A program made the translations under genes and the position numbers. DNA of 64,000 bases, taken from contig CAKVHW010000001.1 of the NCBI GenBank assembly GCA_934754495.1, positions 136,462 through 200,461 of the forward strand. Direction: 5' to 3'. This document shows, piece by piece, positions 10,206-21,067 of the stretch (positions within the stretch are counted from its first letter, which is position 1; each line of letters starts with the position of its first letter). The stretch comes from an uncultured Clostridia bacterium (GTDB taxonomy: Bacteria > Bacillota > Clostridia > Christensenellales > UBA1242). The notes beneath the pieces are model-generated. The model was not told the origin of the DNA. It did no database searches and saw nothing but the letters and a program-made list of their open reading frames with translations.

Positions 10206-10597
10206 AATACTTCTTCTCCTAATTTGTTATATTATATATTAAATAAAATTTATATTCAATAATATTTTAATCATTTTAAATAGAATTTTAATTTTTGGTT
10301 TATTTGACTTTTATTGGATTTATTTTTTGAGTTTTGTTTTAATTAGTCGAATTCCCCACCAATTTATTTATAAACATAATTAAATAATATTACTCATTAT
10401 ATACAATGTGAATATGTGTACAACTTTAAAAAACACAATATATAGTAAATTAAAATGCCTTTCTTTCGTAAACCATATACTATATGTTGTTTGTTTATAT
10501 GTGCACAACTAGTGTGTAAGTATGTACAACTTACTCACATCTCGTGGTTTACCATGTGTATAACTTTGTTTTTTTTTAATTTTTAACATTGCTTCAA
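10206..10597. other. Candidate oriC sub-region: AT-rich tract plus four same-orientation ATGTGYAYAACT motifs (DnaA-box-like)
   Basis: The dnaA-dnaN intergenic position matches the DUE-bearing half of bipartite Firmicute origins. Motifs lie at 10414-10425, 10499-10510, 10522-10531 and 10554-10565. TGTGTATAA (10555-10563) matches TGTGGATAA at 8 of 9 positions. Confidence 0.55.
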
Positions 10598-10863
10598 CCG
10601 TGCTCTAGCACCACAGAACCAACAGCAGTAAGTGAAATCACTACAGTTGGTTGACAATGCCGTGCGCTAGCACCACAGAACTCACTGAAGTGAATAAAAT
10701 TACTATGGTGTGTTGATAGAAAGCGTGACAACGCCCGGAACCAACTATGGCAGATATAACAACTATGGCTTGCTGATAAGAAGTGCGACAGCACCCAGAA
10801 CCCACTAAATTAAGTTATAATCACTATAGTGTGTTGATAAAGCCGTGCGCTAGCACCTAGGAG
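10598..10863 (+). repeat. Tandem array 1 of a GC-rich ~59-64-bp repeat (about 4.3 units)
   Basis: Unit starts at 10598, 10660, 10724, 10784 and 10843. Unit layout is a head CCGTGCGCTAGCAC, then CAGAACC, then two ACTAYRG heptads about 18-20 nt apart, then a tail GGTTGATAGAG. The last partial unit overlaps the dnaA stop codon. Confidence 0.9.
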
Positions 10864-12197
10864 TTTTGACACATGGATTTAATATCACTAACAATAACCT
10901 TAATACGGTTGTTTTCCTTAATTTTTTCAGAAATTTTTTCACGAGCATGAATAACAGTTGTGTGGTCTTTCTTTCCAAAAATAGAACCAATAGAAGTAAG
11001 TGGAAGGTCAAGTAAATCACACATTATATACATGCTAATTTGACGTGGCTCAACAATCTCTTTGTTTTTCTTTTTACCAAGTAAATCTTCTTTGGAAATA
11101 GAAAAATATTTGCAAACACAATCAATAATTTTGTCACTGTTTAAAGATAACTTGTTGCTGCTAACATGGTCTTTTAAAGCTTCGGTTACATCTTCCATAG
11201 TAGCAGTGGTTTTGCCTAATAATTTAGCAATAAACCAAACTTTTGCAAGTATACCTTCAATTTCACGAATGTTGGTGTCGCAGTTTTCGGCAATGTAGTT
11301 AACAACTTCGTCATCAATGCTGTAATTTTCTTCTTGAATTTTCTTTTTTAGAATTGCAAGACGTGTTTCAAAATCAGGTGATTGAACATCTTGAATAAGC
11401 CCCATACTCATACGAGTTTTAAGACGTTCTTCTAAAGTTTCAATCTCTTTTGGTGGACGGTCAGAAGCAATAATAATTTGCTTGTTTGATTGATATAAAT
11501 CATTAAAAGTGTGAAAAAATTGCTCTTGTGTAGAAGTTTTTTTACTGATAAATTGAATATCATCAACCATTAATACATCAAGATTGCGGTACTTCTCTCT
11601 AAACTTAGAATTAGCATAATCTTTACCACTTGTAAGGCTTGCAATGTAATCGTTTGTAAAGTTTTCACAAGTTACATACATAACCTTTAATTTAGGAAAA
11701 TTCTTCCTAATGTAATTGCCAATTGCATGAAGTAAATGGGTTTTTCCTAGCCCAGACCCACCATAGATAAATAATGGGTTTATTTTACCTGTCGGATTTT
11801 CAGCAACCCCACGTGCAGCGGCATATACAAACTTGTTGCTGTTTCCTACAACATAGTTGTCAAAAGTATATTTTTCTTGAAATTTGCAAAGGTCAAGGTT
11901 TTCTTCCGCTTGTGGTTCGGTAGGCTTACTTTCAAATTCTTTTACTTCGTCTGGATCCAACACTTCAAAATTTTCAATTAAAGGGTTAATTTCCTTTAAT
12001 GCAAAATTAATTTGTGTAGAATGTAACTTTTTTACACGTGTTTTTGCGGTTTCGCTTGTGGCACTTAAATAAAAAACACCATCTCTAAAATCAATAGGTT
12101 CTAGTGTTTTTATCCACAAATCAAACGATACAGCAGTCACTTCCTTTTCAAGTGTTTCTAATGCTTTGTCCCATGTTTCTTTAATTCCCAACATCAC
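10857..12197 (-). CDS. dnaA: Chromosomal replication initiator protein DnaA
   Basis: 446 aa with Walker A GGSGLGKTHLL, VDDIQF, and the C-terminal DNA-binding region DHTTVIHA. Confidence 0.97.
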   Translation of the reverse strand: MMLGIKETWDKALETLEKEVTAVSFDLWIKTLEPIDFRDGVFYLSATSETAKTRVKKLHSTQINFALKEINPLIENFEVLDPDEVKEFESKPTEPQAEENLDLCKFQEKYTFDNYVVGNSNKFVYAAARGVAENPTGKINPLFIYGGSGLGKTHLLHAIGNYIRKNFPKLKVMYVTCENFTNDYIASLTSGKDYANSKFREKYRNLDVLMVDDIQFISKKTSTQEQFFHTFNDLYQSNKQIIIASDRPPKEIETLEERLKTRMSMGLIQDVQSPDFETRLAILKKKIQEENYSIDDEVVNYIAENCDTNIREIEGILAKVWFIAKLLGKTTATMEDVTEALKDHVSSNKLSLNSDKIIDCVCKYFSISKEDLLGKKKNKEIVEPRQISMYIMCDLLDLPLTSIGSIFGKKDHTTVIHAREKISEKIKENNRIKVIVSDIKSMCQNS

Positions 12198-12348
12198 TTC
12201 ATCTCCGTATAAAAATGTGTCTTAATTTTCTCGACACTTCTAATAATAATATAGTACCAAATAAATTCCCAAAAGTAAACAAAAAATAAAAACAAACACT
12301 CCAAAATGCTTGTTTTTCTATTATCTTTTAGGTTTTTAAATATATAAA

Positions 12349-12987
12349 TTATTGTATTTTACTTATCCAGTTTTCTAGTACTTTTAATAAAGTTTTGTAA
12401 TGCTCAAAATTTTCCTTTTTGTTGGTTATGTCGCACCTTATTTCAATCTGTATCGTCCAAATATCACAAAATTCGTTTTTTAACGACCCGCTAATTGTTT
12501 TGTCGCCACCAGAAAATGGCTCGTCGATAAAAACGTTAAACCCACTAGCCATAAGGCTGGTGTTTAAGTTGTTAAACAACTCAATGTTGTTTGATACGTT
12601 TTTTCCACCACTTATGCCAAGGTTTATTTCGCACTCTCGGGTTTCGGCAAGTCCGTGTAAATCAATTATGTATTTTATTTTGTCCGCACGAATTAGTTCT
12701 TTAATTGAATCCTTGTAACTGCTTTGCTCGTCGTAATTAGCATCGTCGTTGTTGTTTTTGGTTTTCGCAATAAAAAAACTTCCCGTTTGCTTTTGTAAAT
12801 ATAAACCAGTGGTCACAGACCCTGGTTCATACACCTTTGATTTACCGTTTCTAGTTTGTTCGACCCCGTGCGGTGCGGAAACTAATACGTTGTTGTTTCC
12901 CGTAATAACAACGTGGTCAAGATTTGCGTTGTCGTTAAGAAAAACGTCCCTTTCGACCACTAATTTTTCAAATGTGATTTTTTTCAT
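12349..12987 (-). CDS. Hypothetical protein, N-formylglutamate amidohydrolase (FGase)-like zinc hydrolase fold
   Basis: 212 aa. The pattern VLVSAPHGVEQTR...EPGSVTT...IIDLHGL resembles the H/E/H metal-ligand pattern of the FGase superfamily. Assignment is by motif only. Confidence 0.45.
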   Translation of the reverse strand: MKKITFEKLVVERDVFLNDNANLDHVVITGNNNVLVSAPHGVEQTRNGKSKVYEPGSVTTGLYLQKQTGSFFIAKTKNNNDDANYDEQSSYKDSIKELIRADKIKYIIDLHGLAETRECEINLGISGGKNVSNNIELFNNLNTSLMASGFNVFIDEPFSGGDKTISGSLKNEFCDIWTIQIEIRCDITNKKENFEHYKTLLKVLENWISKIQ

Positions 12988-13008
12988 TTTTTGCCTTTTT
13001 ATTTAAAT

Positions 13009-13034
13009 AAAACCGCTTTAAATGTTGCGGTTTT
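13009..13034 (-). terminator. Hairpin downstream of recF
   Basis: AAAACCGC...GCGGTTTT stem with flanking T/A runs. Confidence 0.5.
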
Positions 13035-13046
13035 ACATTATTATTT

Positions 13047-14162
13047 TTATTTTAAATTGTTTAGTTCTGATTGTAACTCACTTTCAATAATTTTACCATT
13101 CTCAACAGTAAACTTGTCGCATGGAAACCTAAAATCAAAATCAGTGCAAGTAATAATTGTTTGAATGTTTTGTATTTTTTCCAACAACTTTAACTGTCTT
13201 GAGCCGTCAAGTTCGCTTAACACATCGTCTAGTAGCAACACTGGGTACTCGCCAAGGCGGTCTTTAAATACATCAAGTTCGCCCAATTTTAGTGATAATG
13301 CAACAGTTCGTTGTTGACCTTGCGACCCAAAATGACGCACGTCAATGCCGTTTACGGTTATTTTAAGGTCGTCACGATGTGGTCCAACACTTGTGTAACC
13401 TAATTGCATGTCTTTTTCAAGTGTTTTTTCGTACTCAATCATAAGCATTTTTTTAATAGTCTTTTCGTCATCGGCAGTAAAACCAACATAACTAAGGTCA
13501 AGGGTTTCTTTGCTGTCTGTAAGGTATTTTTGTGCGTAGTTGCAATACACCTTTAACTTTTCAATAAGTTTCATTCTGTCGGCTATTATTTTAGCCCCAA
13601 CAGTGGCAAGTTGGTCATTCCAAATAGAAATGGTTTCTGATAAGGCATTCTTATTTAAACTGGTTTTTAATAGTTTGTTTCGTTGAACCAAAATTTGATT
13701 ATATTTGTTAAGGTTATAAAAATAATTTTTATCGAATTGACAAAGGTCAATATCCATAAACTTCCTACGTTGGTCAGGGCTATCTTTCACAAGTTTTAGT
13801 TCGTCTGGCGAAAAGTATATCGCGTTTAAATTGCCCATAAGTTCGCCCATTTTTTTAATGGCAAGCGAATTTATTTTGATTGTTTTGTTTTGGTCTTCAA
13901 ATATAAAAACCTCAATTTTTTTCTGCGATTTATCTCGCACAAGTTCTAGGGTGACTTTTGCAAAACTACTACGCCACTTAATAAGTTCTTTGTCTTTGGC
14001 TGTGCGTGGACTTTTTCCAATTGCACACATAAAAATACCCTCTAATATATTGGTCTTTCCTTGTGCGTTTTTTCCAATCAAAACGTTAATGTTTGGACCA
14101 AATGTAATTAGTTGGTTGTCGTAATTTCTAAAATTTCTAAGTTCTATTGATTTAATATACAT
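13047..14162 (-). CDS. recF: DNA replication and repair protein RecF
   Basis: 371 aa with Walker A GKNAQGKTNILEGI, signature SQGQQRT and Walker B LLLDDVLSELD. Confidence 0.95.
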   Translation of the reverse strand: MYIKSIELRNFRNYDNQLITFGPNINVLIGKNAQGKTNILEGIFMCAIGKSPRTAKDKELIKWRSSFAKVTLELVRDKSQKKIEVFIFEDQNKTIKINSLAIKKMGELMGNLNAIYFSPDELKLVKDSPDQRRKFMDIDLCQFDKNYFYNLNKYNQILVQRNKLLKTSLNKNALSETISIWNDQLATVGAKIIADRMKLIEKLKVYCNYAQKYLTDSKETLDLSYVGFTADDEKTIKKMLMIEYEKTLEKDMQLGYTSVGPHRDDLKITVNGIDVRHFGSQGQQRTVALSLKLGELDVFKDRLGEYPVLLLDDVLSELDGSRQLKLLEKIQNIQTIITCTDFDFRFPCDKFTVENGKIIESELQSELNNLK

Positions 14163-14270
14163 TACTTTTACCTAAATATTCCCTATAAAATATTATACCA
14201 TATTTTGCGGTGCTTTCAAAATATTTTTATAGATAACATTTTTAATTTAACACCGCTTTTAAATATGTAA

Positions 14271-14449
14271 ATGAAGCAATGTTATAACACAACCACTACA
14301 GTAGGCTGATAGAGAGTGTGTCAACACCCAGAACCCGCTACAGTGAATATAATCACTACAGCCGGCTGACAATGCCGTGCGCTAGCACACAGGACTCATT
14401 ATCGTAAATATACTAACTTTGGCTGGTTGATAGAGCCGTGCGCCAGCAC
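14271..14449 (+). repeat. Tandem array 2 of the same GC-rich repeat (about 3 units), in the recF-gyrB divergent intergenic region
   Basis: Unit starts near 14271 (partial), 14317, 14375 and 14436 (partial). The 22-mer TGACAATGCCGTGCGCTAGCAC at 14367-14388 is identical to 10652-10673 and is in the same orientation. Confidence 0.9.
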
Positions 14450-14522
14450 TATATATAATATAATTTATATATTATTTTATAAAAATTATTTGTTATATAA
14501 TAAATTTTATGTTATTATATAA

Positions 14523-16481
<1,959 letters not shown>

Positions 16482-16493
16482 GGAGTGTAGGCA

Positions 16494-19076
16494 ATGGATA
16501 AAAAAGATATTGACGAAATTTTAGAAAAAAATGATAATTCAAAAATTATAGACGTTAAGGTTAAGGAAGAACTTGAAAAATCATTTATTGCCTATGCAAT
16601 GGCGGTTAATGTTAGCCGTGCTATTCCTGATGTTAGAGATGGTTTAAAACCTGTTCATCGTAGAATTTTGTATTCCATGAACGAACTTGGACTTACTCCA
16701 GATAAACCTTACAAAAAATGTGCTACTATTGTCGGTGATGTTCTTGGTAAATACCATCCACACGGCGATAGTTCGGTATACGATGCATTAGTTAGACTTG
16801 CTCAAGACTTCTCTATTAACTTACCACTTGTAGACGGTCATGGAAACTTTGGTAGTGTAGATGGTGATAGTCCAGCGGCTTACCGTTATACTGAAGCCCG
16901 CATGAGTAAACTTGCTATTGAAATGCTTAGAGAAATAGATAAAGAAACAGTAGATTTTTACCCTAACTTTGATGATACTCTAATGCAACCAGTTGTGCTT
17001 CCTTCACGTTTTCCAAACTTGCTTGTTAATGGTAGTGACGGTATCGCCGTAGGTATGGCAACCAATATTCCACCACACAACTTAGCAGAAGTTATTGACG
17101 GTGTAATAGCACTTATTGACAATAAAGATATAGATATTGACGAATTGTGTAAAATTATACCTGGCCCAGACTTCCCTACACGTGCACTTATTCTTGGTAG
17201 AAAAGGTATTAAAGATATGTACCGCACAGGCCGTGGCTCATTCTATATTCGTAGCCGTGCCGAAATTGAAGATTATGCTAATGGCACTCGCCAACGTATT
17301 GTAATCTCCGAAATTCCTTACCAAGTAAACAAAGCAAAACTTATTATTCAAATTGCCGATTTAGTAAAAGCAAAACGTATTGAAGGCATTAGTGATATTA
17401 AGGAAGAAAGCGACCGTGAAGGTATGCGTATTGTAATTGAAGTTAAGAAAGATGCAAACGCACAAGTTGTTCTTAATACACTATACAAACACACCCAACT
17501 TCAAATAAGTTTTGGTGCAATCATGCTTGCACTTGTTGATGGTGTTCCTAAAATTTTAAACCTTAAAGAAATTCTTACACACTATTTGAATTTTCAAAAA
17601 GATGTTATTGTAAGACGTACTAAATACGATCTTGATAAGGCAGAACAAAAAGCACACATTTTGCAAGGTTTAGTAATTGCTCAAGCAAATATTGACGAAG
17701 TAATTCGTACCATCAAACTTTCTGATGATAAAAACGATGCTATTGCAAAACTTATTAAATTATTTGAACTTACCGAAAAACAAGCAACCGCAATTCTTGA
17801 TATGAGACTTCAACGTCTTACTGGTCTAGAAGTTGAAAAACTAAAACAAGACCTTGTTAGCACTGAGAACGCTATTAGAGAATTTAAAGAAATTTTGGCA
17901 AGCGAAGAAAAAGTATTGTTAATAATTAAACACGACCTTACCGAAATTAAAGAAACCTATGGTGTTCCACGTAAGAGCGAAATTAGTTTTGATTATAGCG
18001 AAATTGATGTTGCTGACCTTATTAAAAAGGAAAATGTTGTTGTTACACTTACTCACGGTGGCTATATTAAACGTATGCCAGTTAGCGAATACAAGGCACA
18101 ACATCGTGGCGGTATGGGTGTAAGTGCTCATAAGACTAAAGAAGAAGACTTTGTAGAAAGCATTTATGTTACTTCTACTCATGACGAACTATTCTGCTTT
18201 AGTAATAAGGGTAAAGTTTACACAATGAAAGCATACGAAATTCCTGAAGCACAAAAACAAGCCAAAGGCAGAGCATTTGTAAACTTACTTCAACTAGACC
18301 AAGACGAACGTATCACAACAATTATTCCAATTGCTGATAAATCAAATGGTTATTTGGTTATGAGTACTAAGTATGGTTTGATTAAAAAGACCAAACTTGA
18401 AGAATTTGAAAGTATACGTAAAAACGGGAAAATTGCCATAAAGCTTAACGAAAATGACGAATTGATTAGCGTTTATGTCACAAACGGCAATAATGAGATA
18501 ATTATGGCAAGTAGTTCTGGTAAGTGTATTAGGTTTAACGAGAAGTATGTAAGAGTACTTGGTCGTGAAGCAATGGGTGTTAAATCTATTAGACTTGAAG
18601 AAGGCGAATATATTGTTGATATGGCTGTTGTTAACCCAGACCTTAAGATGCTTACAATTAGTGAATATGGTTATGGTAAACGTAGCAATCCAGACGACTA
18701 CCGTGTACAAGGCCGTAACGGAAAAGGTATCAAGGCTGGTATCTTTAACGAACAAACTGGCGGTCTTGTAAATTTAAAACAAGTATCAGATACTGACGAC
18801 ATTATGATTATTTGTGATGACGGTCAAATTATTAGAATTAAAGCAAGTGAAATTAATGTTATTGGTAGAAATACCAAAGGTGTTAAAATTATGAAAATGC
18901 GTAACAATGGTAAGATTATTGCTGTTGCTATCACACCTAGCGAGGAAGAAGAACAAAACATGGCTGAAAACATGGAAGAAGGTGTTGTAGAAGATGTACT
19001 TCCAGACGACCTACCAGATGATATGCCAGAACCTACTCCAAACCTTGCTCAAGAAGACGATAGTTTGCTTGACTAA
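16494..19076 (+). CDS. gyrA: DNA gyrase subunit A
   Basis: 860 aa with the active-site region AAYRYTEARM and the QRDR-type YHPHGDSSVYDALVRLAQ. Acidic C-terminal tail. Confidence 0.97.
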   Translation: MDKKDIDEILEKNDNSKIIDVKVKEELEKSFIAYAMAVNVSRAIPDVRDGLKPVHRRILYSMNELGLTPDKPYKKCATIVGDVLGKYHPHGDSSVYDALVRLAQDFSINLPLVDGHGNFGSVDGDSPAAYRYTEARMSKLAIEMLREIDKETVDFYPNFDDTLMQPVVLPSRFPNLLVNGSDGIAVGMATNIPPHNLAEVIDGVIALIDNKDIDIDELCKIIPGPDFPTRALILGRKGIKDMYRTGRGSFYIRSRAEIEDYANGTRQRIVISEIPYQVNKAKLIIQIADLVKAKRIEGISDIKEESDREGMRIVIEVKKDANAQVVLNTLYKHTQLQISFGAIMLALVDGVPKILNLKEILTHYLNFQKDVIVRRTKYDLDKAEQKAHILQGLVIAQANIDEVIRTIKLSDDKNDAIAKLIKLFELTEKQATAILDMRLQRLTGLEVEKLKQDLVSTENAIREFKEILASEEKVLLIIKHDLTEIKETYGVPRKSEISFDYSEIDVADLIKKENVVVTLTHGGYIKRMPVSEYKAQHRGGMGVSAHKTKEEDFVESIYVTSTHDELFCFSNKGKVYTMKAYEIPEAQKQAKGRAFVNLLQLDQDERITTIIPIADKSNGYLVMSTKYGLIKKTKLEEFESIRKNGKIAIKLNENDELISVYVTNGNNEIIMASSSGKCIRFNEKYVRVLGREAMGVKSIRLEEGEYIVDMAVVNPDLKMLTISEYGYGKRSNPDDYRVQGRNGKGIKAGIFNEQTGGLVNLKQVSDTDDIMIICDDGQIIRIKASEINVIGRNTKGVKIMKMRNNGKIIAVAITPSEEEEQNMAENMEEGVVEDVLPDDLPDDMPEPTPNLAQEDDSLLD

Positions 19077-19104
19077 TTGATTTTGGTAAATTGTATTAAA
19101 TGTT

Positions 19105-19133
19105 AAAAAATACTCTAAAATTTTAGAGTATTT
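19105..19133 (+). terminator. gyrA terminator hairpin 1
   Basis: Perfect inverted repeat TACTCTAAAA/TTTTAGAGTA followed by TTT. Confidence 0.6.
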
Positions 19134-19157
19134 CCGAAAATGATACGGAATAATATG

Positions 19158-19192
19158 AAAAAACACTCAAAATTTACTTTGAGTGTTTTTTT
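19158..19192 (+). terminator. gyrA terminator hairpin 2
   Basis: ACACTCAAA...TTTGAGTGT followed by TTTTTT. Confidence 0.7.
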
Positions 19193-19385
19193 ATTTGCTT
19201 AATACGGGTTAGTTTTAATTAAAACCATTTTAAATATACAGCCATTCAAATTAAAATATTCCCAGCGACTAGAAATAATTAGTTTTTAATAGTATATAGT
19301 TAATATTTTAAGGTTTTTATATGTTTTAGTGAGTTTTAATATGTAATACTATGTTTTTGTAATTTTGTGCCGTAAAATTGAAGTA

Positions 19386-19793
19386 TTAATGTTGTTTTGT
19401 AGGTGTGTTTTTAAAATCCTTAATGATATTGATGTACTCGTTTGCAGTTTCGTATAGTTTGTAACCAGTTAGTCTGGCATATGCTAGCGGATTACTTTTT
19501 TGTAATCTTGTGTTGTTTTTGTAAATGTTTTTTACATATTCAAGGCTTCTTAAATGTGTTGAGAACACATTATAAATTCGTCCGTCATTATTGTTTTCGT
19601 TAAGGTATTTAGAAACTTTGCAGGCTTCTGAAAGTGTTGTAAAATACACATTCTTTTTAATCTTTCTAGGAATTAGGTACATTCGAGAACCTTTTTGTTT
19701 TAATGTTAGATTGCTTCTATCTGCTAAATTTTCATCGGCAATAAAAGAAATTCCATATACTTTTTTTGTTTTACTAATTTCGTTTTGTTTCAT
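19386..19793 (-). CDS. Hypothetical protein (orphan)
   Basis: The ORF-track start is TTG. I prefer the ATG at 19793 (MKQNEISK), preceded by GGAGAAAAAC. No recognisable motif. Confidence 0.6.
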   Translation of the reverse strand: MKQNEISKTKKVYGISFIADENLADRSNLTLKQKGSRMYLIPRKIKKNVYFTTLSEACKVSKYLNENNNDGRIYNVFSTHLRSLEYVKNIYKNNTRLQKSNPLAYARLTGYKLYETANEYINIIKDFKNTPTKQH

Positions 19794-19911
19794 GTTTTTC
19801 TCCAAATATTACTAATATAATGTTATCACATAATACTCTATTTTTCAATACAAAGTCCTTAAAACATAAATAGACATTAAATTATCGACATTTTTCGACA
19901 ATTTACACATA

Positions 19912-19939
19912 TTGACATTATTTTTAAATTTGGTATAAT
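19912..19939 (+). promoter_or_regulatory. Near-consensus sigma-A promoter for the 19973 gene
   Basis: TTGACA (19912-19917), a 16-nt spacer ending in TGG, then TATAAT (19934-19939). Three further GACAWT copies lie upstream at 19873, 19887 and 19897. Confidence 0.6.
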
Positions 19940-19972
19940 AAAAACGGAAAGGAAAAAAGAGAGGGAAAAATT

Positions 19973-20950
19973 ATGTTAGATAAAAACGGGAATGAAATAA
20001 CATTCGAAGAAGAAGTTTCAAAAAATAGAAGTGCTTTGTGTGAAATTAAAGAATACTTGCTTCAAAAATCACTTACTTCTGCAATGAAAGAAAGTTACAT
20101 GGATCCTTTTACAATCCAAAGTTATTATATTAATAATGTTTTTGATTATATTGTTAATAAGTATAGTGCAATTGATATGCTTAAATACAAAATGTATCCA
20201 GATTTTCCAGAGTGTTTTAATGACGATATGGCACCTTTAATTTTGCCACGTTTTGAAGAAAGAAATGGAGAAAAAGTTTTACTTGTTAGTGGTGATGGTG
20301 GTAAAAAGTTTAAAGAGTACGATGAGATAAATGAAAAATACGGGAAATTAACCAACCTTGTTCAAAATGATGACTTAAGAGTATATGCTACACCAAACTC
20401 ACTTACAAGGCTTGCCCTACTTTTACATATGCCAGACCAAAATTGTAGAAACTTTGATTTATTTGTAAAGCCTTATAGTATTGGATACGATGTGTTTAAA
20501 ATGAGAGATGTGTGCAAAAAAAGATATGATTACTATTGTAAGTTTTGGCGAATTCCAGAAAAAGGCGGAACAAAATGGTATACTGAATTTGAGTATCCAA
20601 GCCAACGAAAAACAGAACTTGAAGAATCTACTCACAAAAAAAGAGAAGATATCCAACTTGACTCTAAATACAAAGAACAGCGTATTGATATGGACGAGTA
20701 CAATTTAAGAAAAGACGATCAAAATATTTATTATCCCGAAAAGACCCCATATGAATTGGGAATAAGTAAATATGAAAAGATGCATTTGTTAAAAGATGTA
20801 GAATTTATTGGCTCGTACAGTGTTCCTAAAAAAATTGTTCTTACTGACAAAACCGAACGAAGTGCAATTAATTATTTTACACGGGTTGCCTCAGAAAAAA
20901 ATGCTGGCGAAGCATTCCATAAAGCAATGATTAATGAAAGACAGTTATAA
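19973..20950 (+). CDS. Hypothetical protein (orphan, 325 aa)
   Basis: Long ORF with a purine-rich RBS and a strong promoter. No motif I can assign. Confidence 0.7.
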   Translation: MLDKNGNEITFEEEVSKNRSALCEIKEYLLQKSLTSAMKESYMDPFTIQSYYINNVFDYIVNKYSAIDMLKYKMYPDFPECFNDDMAPLILPRFEERNGEKVLLVSGDGGKKFKEYDEINEKYGKLTNLVQNDDLRVYATPNSLTRLALLLHMPDQNCRNFDLFVKPYSIGYDVFKMRDVCKKRYDYYCKFWRIPEKGGTKWYTEFEYPSQRKTELEESTHKKREDIQLDSKYKEQRIDMDEYNLRKDDQNIYYPEKTPYELGISKYEKMHLLKDVEFIGSYSVPKKIVLTDKTERSAINYFTRVASEKNAGEAFHKAMINERQL

Positions 20951-20994
20951 AAAAACTTATAAAAATAAAGATTAGTTTTTAAAAACAAAAATAT

Positions 20995-21027
20995 AAAAAA
21001 ACGGCTTGACTTTAAGCCGTTTTTTTG
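20995..21027. terminator. Bidirectional terminator
   Basis: ACGGCTT-GACTT-AAGCCGT flanked by an A-run and a T-run, between convergent genes. Confidence 0.8.
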
Positions 21028-21067
21028 TTGTGTTAATTATAGTTGTAACAAACATTGTTAACAAATA

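Noticed and set aside
10594-10794. 66-aa minus-strand ORF (MLSHFLSASHSCYICHSWFRALSRFLSTHHS...) listed in the ORF track.
   Set aside because: It lies entirely inside tandem array 1. Its periodic, low-complexity sequence is just the repeat read in one frame, there is no RBS, and I treat it as spurious.
12110-12118. Perfect DnaA box TTATCCACA inside the 5' part of the dnaA coding sequence (possible autoregulation).
   Set aside because: It is a single copy. An equally perfect copy occurs by chance inside the orphan gene at 46777-46785, so one box is not evidence.
10598-14449. Interpretation of the two tandem arrays as CRISPR arrays.
   Set aside because: The units are contiguous with no unique spacers, unit length is about 60 bp with substantial divergence, and no cas genes are nearby.
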